64,000 nt of DNA from an uncultured delta proteobacterium (GCA_963712535.1 CAVQIK010000012.1:88135-152134); one strand, 5' to 3'; counted from the stretch's first letter, positions 1-10,007 are shown. Made by a program: numbers and translations. Notes: generated by a model not told the origin, from the sequence alone.

Positions 1-701
1 TCCTGGCGTATGCCTTTGCCGGTTATCACCGCCTCTTCGGCACCTGCAAGATGACGGGAACCCTCGAAGTCATGACCGGGGCAGCGAGTCTGATCGCGGA
101 GTATAACGGCGTCCAGAATGTCCCGCACGTCCGGAAAAAACTGGCCTGGATGGCCATGATCACCGAAACGGTGCAGATGCTGGGGAAACAGGCCTGCCTC
201 GATCCGGTTACCGAATTCGGAATGGACGTGATGATGCCCAACCGGGTGGCCATCAATGCGTCGAAATTCACCTATGCGAGCAATTTTCACCAGATGTGTC
301 AGCACATGCAGGATATCGGCGGTGGACTGACCACCACGGTTCCGGCCTTCCGGGATTGGAAAAATCCGGACATAAAGCCCTACATCGAAAAATATCTGGC
401 GGCGAAAGACGGTGTGCCAACGGAGGACCGGATCCGCATATTGCGGCTCATCAAGGACATAACCGGGAATCACTGGGAGGTCGACACCATTCACGGCGAA
501 GGCTCCATGGCCGCCCAGGAAATGTTTCTGTATGCCAGCGCGAACTGGAAAAAACTCCAGTCGGCGGCGAAAAGGGCGGCCCGGATCGACGGGTGGCAGG
601 ACGATCCCATCTACGGAAAGCTTCCGCTTCAGAAGGATTTCGTAAAAATGCCCGCCGTCGATGAATCCTATAAAAGCATCGGGTTGACCGCCAAGAAATG
701 A
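1..701 (+). CDS. AbfD/HpaB-fold protein (4-hydroxybutyryl-CoA dehydratase / vinylacetyl-CoA isomerase-like), C-terminal part; 5' end lies off the window
   Basis: Frame is open from nt 3 (LAYAFAGYHRLFGTCK precedes the listed M at 51). The product aligns by eye with the C-terminal third of the full-length paralogue at 62048..63484 (shared LAEYNG, DWxNPDI, EGSMAAQ strings). Stop at 699-701. Confidence 0.75.
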   Translation, partial: LAYAFAGYHRLFGTCKMTGTLEVMTGAASLIAEYNGVQNVPHVRKKLAWMAMITETVQMLGKQACLDPVTEFGMDVMMPNRVAINASKFTYASNFHQMCQHMQDIGGGLTTTVPAFRDWKNPDIKPYIEKYLAAKDGVPTEDRIRILRLIKDITGNHWEVDTIHGEGSMAAQEMFLYASANWKKLQSAAKRAARIDGWQDDPIYGKLPLQKDFVKMPAVDESYKSIGLTAKK

Positions 702-738
702 CACCGCCACATAAACCCCAGAAAGGAGGATAACAGGT

Positions 739-1550
739 ATGGACTTCGAATCGATTGCTTCTCAGGAAAGAAAATTGGATTGCGACTCTTACCTTGAACC
801 GCCCCGAACGGCTGAACGCGGTGACTCCCGAACATGGCCCAGGAGCTTTTGTTTGCCCTCGAGGAGGTGGATCAGGACGACGACACCCGGGTGCTGGTCG
901 TTACCGGAGCCGGCAAGGGTTTCTGTGCCGGCGCGGATGTCGGAGGCATGACCGGCGGAACTCAACAGGGCATGGGAACGGCCCGGAACGCGGAGGAGAT
1001 GCGCAGGTATCATTCGCGAGTGGTGGGCCGGATATGCCTTCGGCTCCAGAAGATGCAGAAGCCGACGATCGCCATGGTGAACGGAGTTGCCGTGGGGGGC
1101 GGCTTCGATGTGGCCCTCGCCTGCGACCTGAGGATCGGGTCGAAAGACGCCCGGTTCAGGAATGCCTTCGTAAAAATCGGATTGTTTCCCGGATGGGGAG
1201 GGACGTGGCTCTACCCGCGGGTCATGGGATTGGGAAAGGCCCTTGAATACCTTTTCACGGGAGATTTCCTGGGCGCGGAAGAGGCAGAGAGGCTCGGCGT
1301 GCTGAACAGGATGGTTGTCCCGGAGGAGCTGGAAAAAGAAACCATGGTCCTGGCCCGGAAAATTGCCCAGGGACCGCCCATCGCCATTCGGCTCATGAAG
1401 CTCCAGGCCTACAAGGGGCTGCAGATGGACATGGAGACCGCGCTGGAAATGGCAGCCGCCTGCGAGACGATTACTCTGAACTCGGAAGATCATAAGGAAG
1501 GCGTAGCCGCATTTCGGGAAAAACGCGAGGCCCAATTTAGAGGAAAATAG
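739..1550 (+). pseudogene. enoyl-CoA hydratase/isomerase (crotonase) family; 5' end broken by two single-base insertions. Longest intact ORF is 834..1550.
   Basis: ORF 834..1550 has crotonase strings (VVTGAGKGFCAGAD, MVNGVAVGGGFD, FPGWGGT). The expected N-terminus is spread over two other frames: MDFESI (ATG 739, behind AGGAGG), then LLRKENWIATLTLNRPERLNAVTPE (from 758), then MAQELL (834). Extra bases fall near 757 and 833. Confidence 0.8.
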
Positions 1551-1857
1551 AAATCCGGTGCCTGGGAAACCATTAAGCGATCGTCAATAACAACAGCGCT
1601 AGGACGAGATTATTTGGCCCATCAGATTCCGTCTGTTGTCAATTCCTCAGCAGACCACGACCTTCTGGAAAATGCATTTTGTCCTGAACTTTTCAGATGA
1701 TAATTTTAATCAGACGGTTAGATTTCTACCAGAACGTGAGATTTAGATACACTTATCATTCCTGGCGCGCCATGCCGGATGTGAGGGCCGGCTCAGGTTT
1801 TGAAATCAAATACGCTAAATAATAATAAGCAAAGATAATGGACATAATAAGAAACAC

Positions 1858-2931
1858 ATGGCTCTATTTTGCTTTTTAACAGTCTTACTATTCCTTCCAG
1901 TTGTCGGCGGGTGTGATTTGCCATATTTTTCGCAGGCAATTGCCGGCCACTTTCGGATAATGGCTTCTAGAGTGCCCATCGAAGATGAACTTAAGGAAAC
2001 TCATTTGGATATTGACAACAAAAGTAAGTTATATTTGGTCCTGGAGGTGCGTTCTTTCGCTAGTACACAGTTAGGCTTGCCGAATAATAAAAGCTACACA
2101 ATGTATTCAGACATTAATCAGCAATACGTTGGTTGGAACGTTTATGCTACCCCACATTTTTCCTTGGAACCGATAAAATGGTGCTTCCCCATAGCGGGCT
2201 GCATTGTTTATCGTGGCTATTTTTCAAGAGGAGAAGCACTTCAGTTTGCGGAGGATCTGGCAAAAAAGAACTGTGATGTCTTTGTTGGGCCATTTGATGG
2301 TTACTCTACATTGGGTTGGTACGATGATCCCGTGCTGAGCTCTCAATTGCGATTGAATCCAACTCGGCTTGCTGCACTAGTTATTCACGAGTTGGCACAC
2401 CAACAGTACTATTTATCCGATGATTCCCGGTTTAGTGAAGCTTTTGCAGTTACCGTTGAACGGGCCGGCGTCTTGCAATGGTTGAAATCAAAGAAAAGGG
2501 ATGACCTTATTCTTGAAGCTTTAAGGATGTGGGACGAACAAGACCTAACGATTAGGAAACTTCTTGAGGCTCGAAATCAACTGATAGATCTTTACCGCAG
2601 CGGGTTGGATCCAAATTCTTTAGAGAAGAAGAAGAACGCGCTATTTCAGGCCCTTAAGAAGGATCTGGATGCCACTAGTTGCGCCGGGATAACGCTTCCA
2701 AATACGAATGGTGAAAGCTGTGAATATAATAATGCATATTTAGTCACGATCGATACCTACTATTCTCTTGTGCCAGTATTCCAAAGTATATTAAATCAGC
2801 TGGGTGGTAACCTCCCACAATTCTACGAAAAAGTAAAGAGACTCGGAAACTTATCAGGCGTTGAACGGCAGAACGAAATCGAATCCTTGCAAAAAGCAAT
2901 TAGAGACAAGGAGAGTACTCCGAAGTTGTAA
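1858..2931 (+). CDS. putative zinc aminopeptidase lipoprotein (COG4324 / DUF2265-like)
   Basis: Signal peptide with lipobox (LFLPVVGGC). HELAH (HExxH) zinc motif. Overall pattern recalled from the predicted-aminopeptidase family. The gene sits in a visibly AT-rich stretch. Confidence 0.6.
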   Translation: MALFCFLTVLLFLPVVGGCDLPYFSQAIAGHFRIMASRVPIEDELKETHLDIDNKSKLYLVLEVRSFASTQLGLPNNKSYTMYSDINQQYVGWNVYATPHFSLEPIKWCFPIAGCIVYRGYFSRGEALQFAEDLAKKNCDVFVGPFDGYSTLGWYDDPVLSSQLRLNPTRLAALVIHELAHQQYYLSDDSRFSEAFAVTVERAGVLQWLKSKKRDDLILEALRMWDEQDLTIRKLLEARNQLIDLYRSGLDPNSLEKKKNALFQALKKDLDATSCAGITLPNTNGESCEYNNAYLVTIDTYYSLVPVFQSILNQLGGNLPQFYEKVKRLGNLSGVERQNEIESLQKAIRDKESTPKL

Positions 2932-2944
2932 AAGAACAAAATGA

Positions 2945-2966
2945 GGAGCACAGAACAATCTGCTCC
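2945..2966 (-). terminator. hairpin followed by a T-rich run when read on the minus strand
   Basis: GGAGCA-10 nt-TGCTCC. The minus-strand continuation is TCATTTTGTTCTTTT. No intact minus-strand gene lies upstream of it, only the dctM relic at 3269..3295. Confidence 0.25.
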
Positions 2967-3312
2967 GGAAAACGCGGAAGAGCCGTTTCTCCCTTCGATG
3001 CTCGCCTTTATGGTGTCGCACCCCTGAGAACCACCGAGGCCGGCACGAGGACTTTCCTGACGTTCCGCCTGCATTCCTCCATTCTTTCCTCTATTCCCGC
3101 ACTGAGGGTTTCATTTCCGACCTGCTCCCACGCACCCGGAAGGCGCGGAATAGAACCGTACCCTTGGTAGGTAAACAGGGAGAGGACCCTTTGCTCCGCA
3201 ATTAAACCCGTCGCAGATTTTCGCCTCGAAGAAGTCCCGCCGTTGGCTTTGATTTCTCGCGGAGTCCAACGCCCGAGCACGAGCTTGGGAAGGTAAGGAG
3301 GAAAAATTACGG

Positions 3313-3374
3313 TTGACAAGATATGGGCGACTTGCTATAAATCGCATCGTGAGCTTTCAATTCACATTGTGAAC
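3313..3374 (+). promoter_or_regulatory. sigma70-type promoter plus palindromic candidate operator upstream of the IclR gene
   Basis: TTGACA (3313-3318), 17-nt spacer, TATAAA (3336-3341). Near-perfect palindrome TTCACATTGTGAA at 3361-3373, about 20 nt before ATG 3394. Confidence 0.5.
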
Positions 3375-3393
3375 CCACCAGAGCATCCGGTCC

Positions 3394-4164
3394 ATGGTCA
3401 ACGGGATTAAATCAACCCTCAAATCCTTAAAAGTTCTGGAACTCTTTACCCTCGAGAAAAGGGAATGGAGCATTCAGGAAATGACGGAAGCGCTGGGGTA
3501 CCATAAAAGTTCCATCCAGCGCATCGTTTCGACCCTTGAGCGCGAGAGCTTTTTGAAGCGCGTCCAGTCCAGCCGGGCGATTTACCGCTTGGGTCCGCAG
3601 ATTCTCTTCCTGGGCGGCATTGCCGATATGAGCACGGATCTCAGGTCGATCGCCCGGCCGGTCATGGCCAGGTTGGTGGACCGGGTCCGGGAAACTTCCT
3701 ACCTGTGCACCCTCGAAGGAAATCAATGTCTTTACATTGAAAAAGTGGAGTCCTCCCAGCCCATTCAGATCGTTCACGGCATCGGCAAGAGGAATCCTCT
3801 GCACTGCACGGGGGTCGGCAAAGTCTTATTGAGCGGCATGACGGAAAAGGAGATCAGGAAAACCGTTTCCGCCAATGGCCTGAAAGGCTTTACTCCCCAT
3901 ACGATCACGAATGTGGATTCTTTGCTGGATGAAATCGAACGGGTGAGGAAAAAAGGGGTCGCCCATGATTTTGAGGAGCTTGACGTGGGCGTGAAATGCG
4001 TTGCCGCTCCGGTTCACAATCACACCGGCAGGGTCGTCGCGGCGGTCAGTGTCTCCGGCCCGGCTCAACGCTTTACCCCCGAAGCTCTTGCCCGCTTCGA
4101 AAAAGAAGTGAAGACGGCCGCCAGAGCCATATCCCGGGAATTGGGCTTTCTCAGCCGCAGATGA
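3394..4164 (+). CDS. IclR-family transcriptional regulator
   Basis: N-terminal wHTH (LKVLELF...WSIQEMTEALGYHKSSIQRIVSTLE) plus a C-terminal IclR effector domain of typical 256-aa length. Confidence 0.9.
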   Translation: MVNGIKSTLKSLKVLELFTLEKREWSIQEMTEALGYHKSSIQRIVSTLERESFLKRVQSSRAIYRLGPQILFLGGIADMSTDLRSIARPVMARLVDRVRETSYLCTLEGNQCLYIEKVESSQPIQIVHGIGKRNPLHCTGVGKVLLSGMTEKEIRKTVSANGLKGFTPHTITNVDSLLDEIERVRKKGVAHDFEELDVGVKCVAAPVHNHTGRVVAAVSVSGPAQRFTPEALARFEKEVKTAARAISRELGFLSRR

Positions 4165-4190
4165 ATTGAAGCGTTCAAGGAAGAATTTTT

Positions 4191-5885
4191 ATGTCTTCGG
4201 AATCAAACCCTCGCGGAAAGCTTCGAAGCTCGGTGATCACCCGGGGCCTGGACAGGGCCACCCATCGCTCCCTTTTTTACTCCATGGGGTGGGACCGTGC
4301 CCATCTGGAAAAGCCGCTCGTCGCGGTGGTGAATTCCTTCAACGAGCTCATGCCCGGGCATATTCATCTGAATTCCCTCGCCCAGGCGGTCAAATTGGGG
4401 ATCGCCGAAGCCGGAGGCACTCCCCTGGAGTTCCCCAGCATCGCGGTTTGCGACGGCATCGCCACGGGACATGCGGGGATGAAGATGCCCATGATCAGCC
4501 GGGAGCTGATCGCGGACTCCATCGAACTCATGATCACCGCTCACGGCCTGGATGCCATGGTCCTCCTGAGCAATTGCGATAAGGTGACGCCGGGCATGCT
4601 CATGGCTGCCGGGCGGTTGAATATCCCTGCCATAGTCCTCACCGGCGGCCCAATGGAGGCCGGCTGTTTTCGCGGAAGGCGCATCTGCTACACCGACCTG
4701 ATCGAGGCGGAAGGAAGAGTTGAAAGAGGAGAAATGACTTCGCAGGACCTGGCCGAAATGGAAAAAGCGGCGAATCCCGGCCCGGGGGCCTGCGCCCTCA
4801 TGGGAACGGCCAACTGCATGAACATCCTCACCGAAGCCCTCGGCATGAGCCTGACCGACGGGGCCCTGACCCCGGCGACATATGGCGCACGTATCGCTCT
4901 GGGTCGGGAGAGCGGCCGACGGATCATGGATCTGCACCGGAAAAACATTCTCCCGCGGGACATCCTGACTTCTGCCGCCTTTGAAAACGCCATTGCCGTT
5001 GACATGGCCGTCGGCGGGTCCACCAACAGCTGCCTGCACCTGCCCGCCATCGCCAGGGAAGTGGGACTGGAGATCTCCATGGAAGTCTTTTCGAGAATCT
5101 CGGAAAAAACTCCCCACCTGACCCTGCTGAAACCGGCCGGTCGATATTTTCCAAGAGATTTTTATGAAGCCGGCGGAGTCGCCGCTCTCATGAACGAGAT
5201 GTCCCGGAACGGCTTGATTCATCGGGAATGCATCACGGTGACCGGAAATGCCGTGGGAGAGAATATCGCCGGGCGCGAAATCCTCGACGAGGATGTGATC
5301 CACCGGGTAACCAATCCCCTGGACCCCAAGGGAGGGATTTCCTTTCTGTACGGCTCTCTGGCCCCCGAAGGAGCGGTGGTGAAACGATCGGCAGTAGCCC
5401 CGGAGATGATGGTCCATGGCGGGCCGGCCCGCGTATTTGACCGGGAAGAAGACGCGCTGAAGGCCATCTTTGGGGGGAAGATCAAACCCGGGGAAGTGGT
5501 CGTGATCCGCTATGAAGGACCCAAAGGGGGGCCGGGCATGAGGGAGCAACTGCTGCCGACCTCCGCTCTCATCGGCATGGGACTGGGTAAGAGCGTCGCT
5601 TTGGTGACCGACGGCCGGTTTTCGGGGGCCACCCAGGGCGCCTGTGTAGGCCATGTAACCCCGGAAGCATTCCTCGGCGGCCCGATCGCCCTGGTTCAGG
5701 AAGGCGACAGGATCGAAATCGATATTCCCAAGGGAACGATTCATTTGGGCGTCCCGGCGGACCTGCTGGAGAAGAGAAAGAAGGACTGGAAGCTCCCGCC
5801 CGATGTTCATTTGCCCAAGGGGTCTCTGCTGGAACGGTACCGGCGGTCGGTAGGTTCGGCGATGCGAGGCTGCGTCCTGGAGTAA
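4191..5885 (+). CDS. IlvD/Edd-family dehydratase (dihydroxy-acid or sugar-acid dehydratase)
   Basis: Family strings [52 protein letters not shown]. 564 aa. AAGGAAG sits upstream of the ATG. Confidence 0.9.
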   Translation: MSSESNPRGKLRSSVITRGLDRATHRSLFYSMGWDRAHLEKPLVAVVNSFNELMPGHIHLNSLAQAVKLGIAEAGGTPLEFPSIAVCDGIATGHAGMKMPMISRELIADSIELMITAHGLDAMVLLSNCDKVTPGMLMAAGRLNIPAIVLTGGPMEAGCFRGRRICYTDLIEAEGRVERGEMTSQDLAEMEKAANPGPGACALMGTANCMNILTEALGMSLTDGALTPATYGARIALGRESGRRIMDLHRKNILPRDILTSAAFENAIAVDMAVGGSTNSCLHLPAIAREVGLEISMEVFSRISEKTPHLTLLKPAGRYFPRDFYEAGGVAALMNEMSRNGLIHRECITVTGNAVGENIAGREILDEDVIHRVTNPLDPKGGISFLYGSLAPEGAVVKRSAVAPEMMVHGGPARVFDREEDALKAIFGGKIKPGEVVVIRYEGPKGGPGMREQLLPTSALIGMGLGKSVALVTDGRFSGATQGACVGHVTPEAFLGGPIALVQEGDRIEIDIPKGTIHLGVPADLLEKRKKDWKLPPDVHLPKGSLLERYRRSVGSAMRGCVLE

Positions 5886-6312
5886 AAATATAGTCAGCGT
5901 CAGAAGAAAGTAGTCATGCCTCCTGACATCACGTCCAGAAATTCCCCCCGGCCCGCTGAAGCTGTGAAAAAATCCAGGACCGGGAGTCCTGATCCAGGAG
6001 ACGGCGAAAATTCCGGCCAAAAAAGGCACGATCTTCTTTGCCCATGGTGTGCTGACTTATGCAACCCGAAATTGAAATCACATTGCATTTAGCGAAAGTA
6101 GCCCGTCTGCCGGCGTTCCTTGGCGGAACTCAGATGACCCATGAGGAAAGGTATCCGCCGGTTCTGCCGGCAATTTTCGCCGCTTGGCAACGGAGGGGCG
6201 ATCGGATTTCAGCCCTTATCAAGGGGGGCAGGGGGATTTCGCGGACTTCATATCTGAAGTCCACCGTTCACTATAACCATTCACACACCTCAAGAAAAGA
6301 GAGGGAAAGACA

Positions 6313-7164
6313 ATGAAGAAAGTCACGATCCACACGTTGCTGGAGAAAAAGCAGAAGAAAGAGCCCATCACCTGGCTGACGGCCTATGATTATCCCATGG
6401 CCCAGATGGAAGAGAAGGCGGAAATCGACATCATTTTGGTCGGGGACTCGATCGGGATGACGGTTTATGGTTACGATTCCACTCTCCCTGTAACCATGGA
6501 CCTCCTGATTCCGCATACCCGGGCGGTGCGGAAAGGGGCCCCCAACGTTTTCCTCATCGGCGATATGCCCTACATGACCTACCAGATCAATAAAGAGGAG
6601 GCCATCCGGAACGCCGGCCGCTTCATGGCGGAATGCGGCTGCGACGCCATCAAGCTGGAAGGCGGAAGAGAGGTGGTGGATACGGTGAAGGGGCTGATCA
6701 AAGCCACGATTCCGGTGGTTGCGCACCTGGGCCTGACCCCCCAGTCCATTGCCATGTTCGGGGGCTTCAAGGCGCAGGGCCGGGACGCTTTCGGGGCCCT
6801 GCGGATCATCGAGGATTCAAAGGCCCTGGAAGAGGCCGGAGTCTGTATGATCCTGCTGGAGGCCGTTCCTCCGGAAGTGGGAAGAATCGTAACCGAACGG
6901 GCCAAAGTTCCGGTGATCGGCATCGGCGCGGGCCCCTACTGCGACGGTCAATGCCTGGTGGTTCACGATATGCTGGGGATGTTCGAGGCGTTTACTCCGA
7001 AGTTCGCCAAAAAGTATGTAGATCTCCGGGAACACACGGTCAAGGCTTTCCAGGTGTTTAAAGAAGACGTGAAAAAAGGAGAGTTCCCAAAAACAGAACA
7101 TTGTTACCGCATGCCAGCCGAGGAAGTGAAAAAACTCGAGGAGATGCTGAAAGGGAAAGCGTAA
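6313..7164 (+). CDS. panB: 3-methyl-2-oxobutanoate hydroxymethyltransferase (PanB), copy 1
   Basis: Canonical PanB pattern: LTAYD, LVGDSIGM, AIKLEGG, HLGLTPQS, GGFKAQGR, IGIGAGPYCDGQCLV, TPKFAKKY. Confidence 0.9.
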   Translation: MKKVTIHTLLEKKQKKEPITWLTAYDYPMAQMEEKAEIDIILVGDSIGMTVYGYDSTLPVTMDLLIPHTRAVRKGAPNVFLIGDMPYMTYQINKEEAIRNAGRFMAECGCDAIKLEGGREVVDTVKGLIKATIPVVAHLGLTPQSIAMFGGFKAQGRDAFGALRIIEDSKALEEAGVCMILLEAVPPEVGRIVTERAKVPVIGIGAGPYCDGQCLVVHDMLGMFEAFTPKFAKKYVDLREHTVKAFQVFKEDVKKGEFPKTEHCYRMPAEEVKKLEEMLKGKA

Positions 7165-7196
7165 GTCACACTGTCCAAACACAAGGAGGAATGGAA

Positions 7197-8183
7197 ATGA
7201 AGAGAACCGTAACCGTAGTTCTGGCCACCCTGTTGGTATTTACCATCGCCGCGTCCGCTTCGGCGCAGTACAAGGCGAGCATGAAGCTCGCGTCGGTTAC
7301 GCCCCCGGACCACTTTTACAATGTGGGGGCGAGGAAGTTCGCCGAACTGATCAAGGAGAGGACGGGCGGCCGCATCGACATCAAGGTCTATCCCGCCGGG
7401 CAGCTCGGCAAGGGCGAACGGGAGATCACCGAGGCCGTCCAGCAGGGAGCCGTGGAAATGCTCATCACCTCCACGGGGCCCATGGGCGGGTTCAGTCCCT
7501 CCATCAATATCCTTGATTTTCCCTTCCTTTTCCGGGATTTCAATCATGTGGACCTGGTCATGGACGGCGCGATCGGCCGCAAATTGCTCAACGACTTTGA
7601 GAAGGCCAACATTAAAGCCCTGGCGTTCTGGGAAAACGGGTTCCGGCATCTGACCAATAACAAGAGGGCCATCAAGAAAGCCGAGGACGGCAAGGGGCTG
7701 AAAATCCGCACCATGGAAAATAAGGTGCACCTGGCCGCCTGGAAGGCCGCGGGCTACAACCCGACTCCCATGGCCTGGGGCGAGGTGTTCACCGCCCTCC
7801 AGCAGGGCGTCATTGACGGCCAGGAAAACCCGATCGCCATCATCGCCAGCAACAAACTCTGGGACGCCGGCCAGAAGTTCTTCTCGTTTACCGCCCACGT
7901 TTACTCCCCGTCCCCTTTACTCATGACCAAGAAGAAATTTGACGGCATGCCCAAGGAAGACCAGGAACTGTTCCTCAAAACGGCCCTGGAAGTGGCCAAG
8001 TTCCAGCGGAAAATCAACCGCGACGCGGAAGAGAACAGTATGAAGGAAATGGCGTCGAAAGGCGTGACCGTGGTTCGCGACGTGGACCGGGAAAGCTTCA
8101 AGAAGGCCATGGCTCCGGTCTTCGATCAATTCAGCAGCCAGTTCCCCCGGCCCGAGATTGAATCCATCATGAACGCCAAGTAG
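7197..8183 (+). CDS. dctP: TRAP transporter substrate-binding protein (DctP family)
   Basis: Signal peptide (VVLATLLVFTIAASASA). DctP-family strings (YPAGQLG, FPFLF, WENGFRHLTN, VIDGQENP). AAGGAGGA at 7183-7190 favours ATG 7197 (alternatively 7191) over the listed 7101. Confidence 0.9.
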   Translation: MKRTVTVVLATLLVFTIAASASAQYKASMKLASVTPPDHFYNVGARKFAELIKERTGGRIDIKVYPAGQLGKGEREITEAVQQGAVEMLITSTGPMGGFSPSINILDFPFLFRDFNHVDLVMDGAIGRKLLNDFEKANIKALAFWENGFRHLTNNKRAIKKAEDGKGLKIRTMENKVHLAAWKAAGYNPTPMAWGEVFTALQQGVIDGQENPIAIIASNKLWDAGQKFFSFTAHVYSPSPLLMTKKKFDGMPKEDQELFLKTALEVAKFQRKINRDAEENSMKEMASKGVTVVRDVDRESFKKAMAPVFDQFSSQFPRPEIESIMNAK

Positions 8184-8240
8184 CTTCGGAGGGGCGCCCG
8201 CGCCAAACAGGCGTGTGCGCCCTTTTCAGCGGAGATCCGG

Positions 8241-8733
8241 ATGGGTGCGCTGGGAGCTTTCAACCGTTTCCTGATGAAGATCGGGAGCTGGGGGACGATC
8301 TTCTTCGTGGCCGTCATGGCCGTCGTTATTCCTTACGAGGTCATCGGACGGTACGTATTCCAGAAGATGAGCATCTGGTCGGGCGAGGTCTCCACCTATT
8401 CTCTCGCCTGGGCCTCCATGTTGGGCAGCGCCGTGGGATTGAAAAAAGGGTATCAGGTCGCCATGACCTCGGTCGTGGAATCGGTGCCCCCCGCCCTGGC
8501 CGGAATTCTGAAATGGGGAGCCTATCTTTTTACTCTGTTCTTTTTCGGGGCCATGTTCTATTTCGGCCTCTACCAGACGATTTATAACGTAAACCAGACC
8601 TCACCTGCTATCGGCTTGGTGATGAGCATCCCCTACGCTTCTCTCCCCACGGGGTTCTTTATCATGTTCTTTCTTACCCTGGAGGAGTTTTTTCGCCTTT
8701 CTCAATCCGGCTACGAAAAGAGAAAGACCATGA
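8241..8733 (+). CDS. dctQ: TRAP transporter small permease (DctQ family); 3' end uncertain
   Basis: About 160 aa with 4 TM segments and a typical IPYEVIGRYVF start. As sequenced, the frame runs straight into the dctM start (KT-MIIFLAAF). One more T in the T6 run near 8690 would end it at TGA 8731-8733, overlapping ATG 8730 (the usual ATGA coupling). Confidence 0.75.
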
Positions 8734-10007
8734 TCATTTTCCTGGCTGCCTTCATCATCCTCTGTGCATCTCCGCTCCCATTACCGTCGCCCTCGGCGGC
8801 TGTTCCCTGATATACGCGCTGGTCGGCGGCACGGTTCCCATAACGACCCTGATCCAGACCACCTTCGGCGGGTTGACCAGTTTCCCCCTCCTGGCCATCC
8901 CCCTGTTCATGCTGGCCGGCAATCTCATGAACGAAGGCGGCCTTACGCCCGACCTGGTGAACTTCGCCCGGCACGCTCCTCGGGCATATCCGGGGCGGCC
9001 TGGGCCATGCCACCATCCTGGCCTGCGCCATTTTTGCGGCCATCTCCGGCGCCGCTGTGGCCACCGCCGTGGCCATAGGGGTGGTGATGCTCCCGGCCAT
9101 GAAGAAGGCCGGGTACGACGACGGAGTGGCGGCGGCCCTGACCTGTACGGCCGCCTGTCTGGGTCCCATCATACCCCCCAGCATCCCCTTCATCATCTAC
9201 GGCGTGGCCGCCAATGTCTCGATTGCGGCCCTGTTCATCGGCGGAGTGCTTCCGGGGCTGGTGCTCGCGGCAGCGTTGATGGTGTACATGCATCTCGTCG
9301 CCACTAAACACGATTACCCCCGGGATCCAAGGACACCGTTGAAAGAAATCCTGTTCGCCGGCGGCAAGGCTCTGCCCGCTCTCTTCATGCCGGTCCTCAT
9401 CATGGGCGGTATCCTGAGCGGCATGTTTACCCCCACCGAGGCGGCAGGGGTCACGGTGGTCTATTCAGCCCTGGTGGGAGCTTTTTACTACCGGCGATTG
9501 AACTTCAAAAACTTGCCCCAGGTGCTGCTGAAGTCCGGACTGGAGTCGGGCATGGTGATGCTGCTCATCGCCATGTCGGAACCTTTTGCGTGGTTTGTCG
9601 CCGTGGACCAGATCCCCCAGCTCATCATCGAATGGATTTCGCACGTGACCACTTCGCCCTACGTGATCCTGCTTTTAATCAATGTTTTCCTGCTTCTTTT
9701 AGGAATCCCGATGGAAACCGCCCCGGCGCTGGTCATCGTAACCCCGATCCTGGTTCCCATCGCCGCCGCCGTCGGCATCGACCCGGTGCACCTGGGCATC
9801 GTGGTCTGCCTGAATCTCGTTCTGGGCCTGATCACGCCGCCGGTAGGGGCCGTGCTCTTTGCGGTCTGCGGCGTGACCGGCATGTCCCTCGACCGCCTGA
9901 GCAGGTCCATCTGGCCGCCATTTTTTGTGGCCCTGGGGGTGCTGGCCGTCGTGACCTATGTCCCCTGGCTGACCACGTATCTGCCCAAACTTGTCCTCGG
10001 GCGTTAG
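8730..10007 (+). pseudogene. dctM: TRAP transporter large permease (DctM family), interrupted by two compensating frameshifts
   Basis: The DctM sequence is continuous only across three frames: MIIFLAAFIILCA (frame of 8730); SAPITVALGGCSLIYALVGG...LTSFPLLAIPLFMLAGNLMNEGG...NFARH (frame 2, from about 8771); LLGHIRGGLGHATILACAIFAAISGAAVATAVAIG... to the stop at 10007. A base is missing near 8769-8770 and an extra base lies near 8975. Confidence 0.85.

Noticed and set aside
4203-6029. 608-aa ORF on the minus strand opposite the IlvD-like gene. Similar long antisense or out-of-frame ORFs include 28792..30051, 31002..31982, 33303..34280, 34364..35542, 37758..38723, 43003..43974, 55167..56222, 62264..63373 and 26336..27424.
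   Set aside because: These are shadow ORFs typical of GC-rich DNA. Their products are Arg/Gly/Pro/His-rich low-complexity sequence with no family motifs. Each fully overlaps a gene whose translation shows strong, specific family signatures.
739-10007. Programmed ribosomal frameshifting as the explanation for the crotonase and dctM frame changes
   Set aside because: There are no slippery heptamers or stimulatory structures at the shift sites. The shifts occur in many unrelated genes and in both directions. Indel errors or pseudogenisation are simpler explanations.
8241-10007. A genuine fused DctQM permease
   Set aside because: The junction lacks the additional linking TM helix expected in true fusions. 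A one-base change in a T6 run restores the usual ATGA stop/start overlap, and dctM itself is frame-broken nearby.
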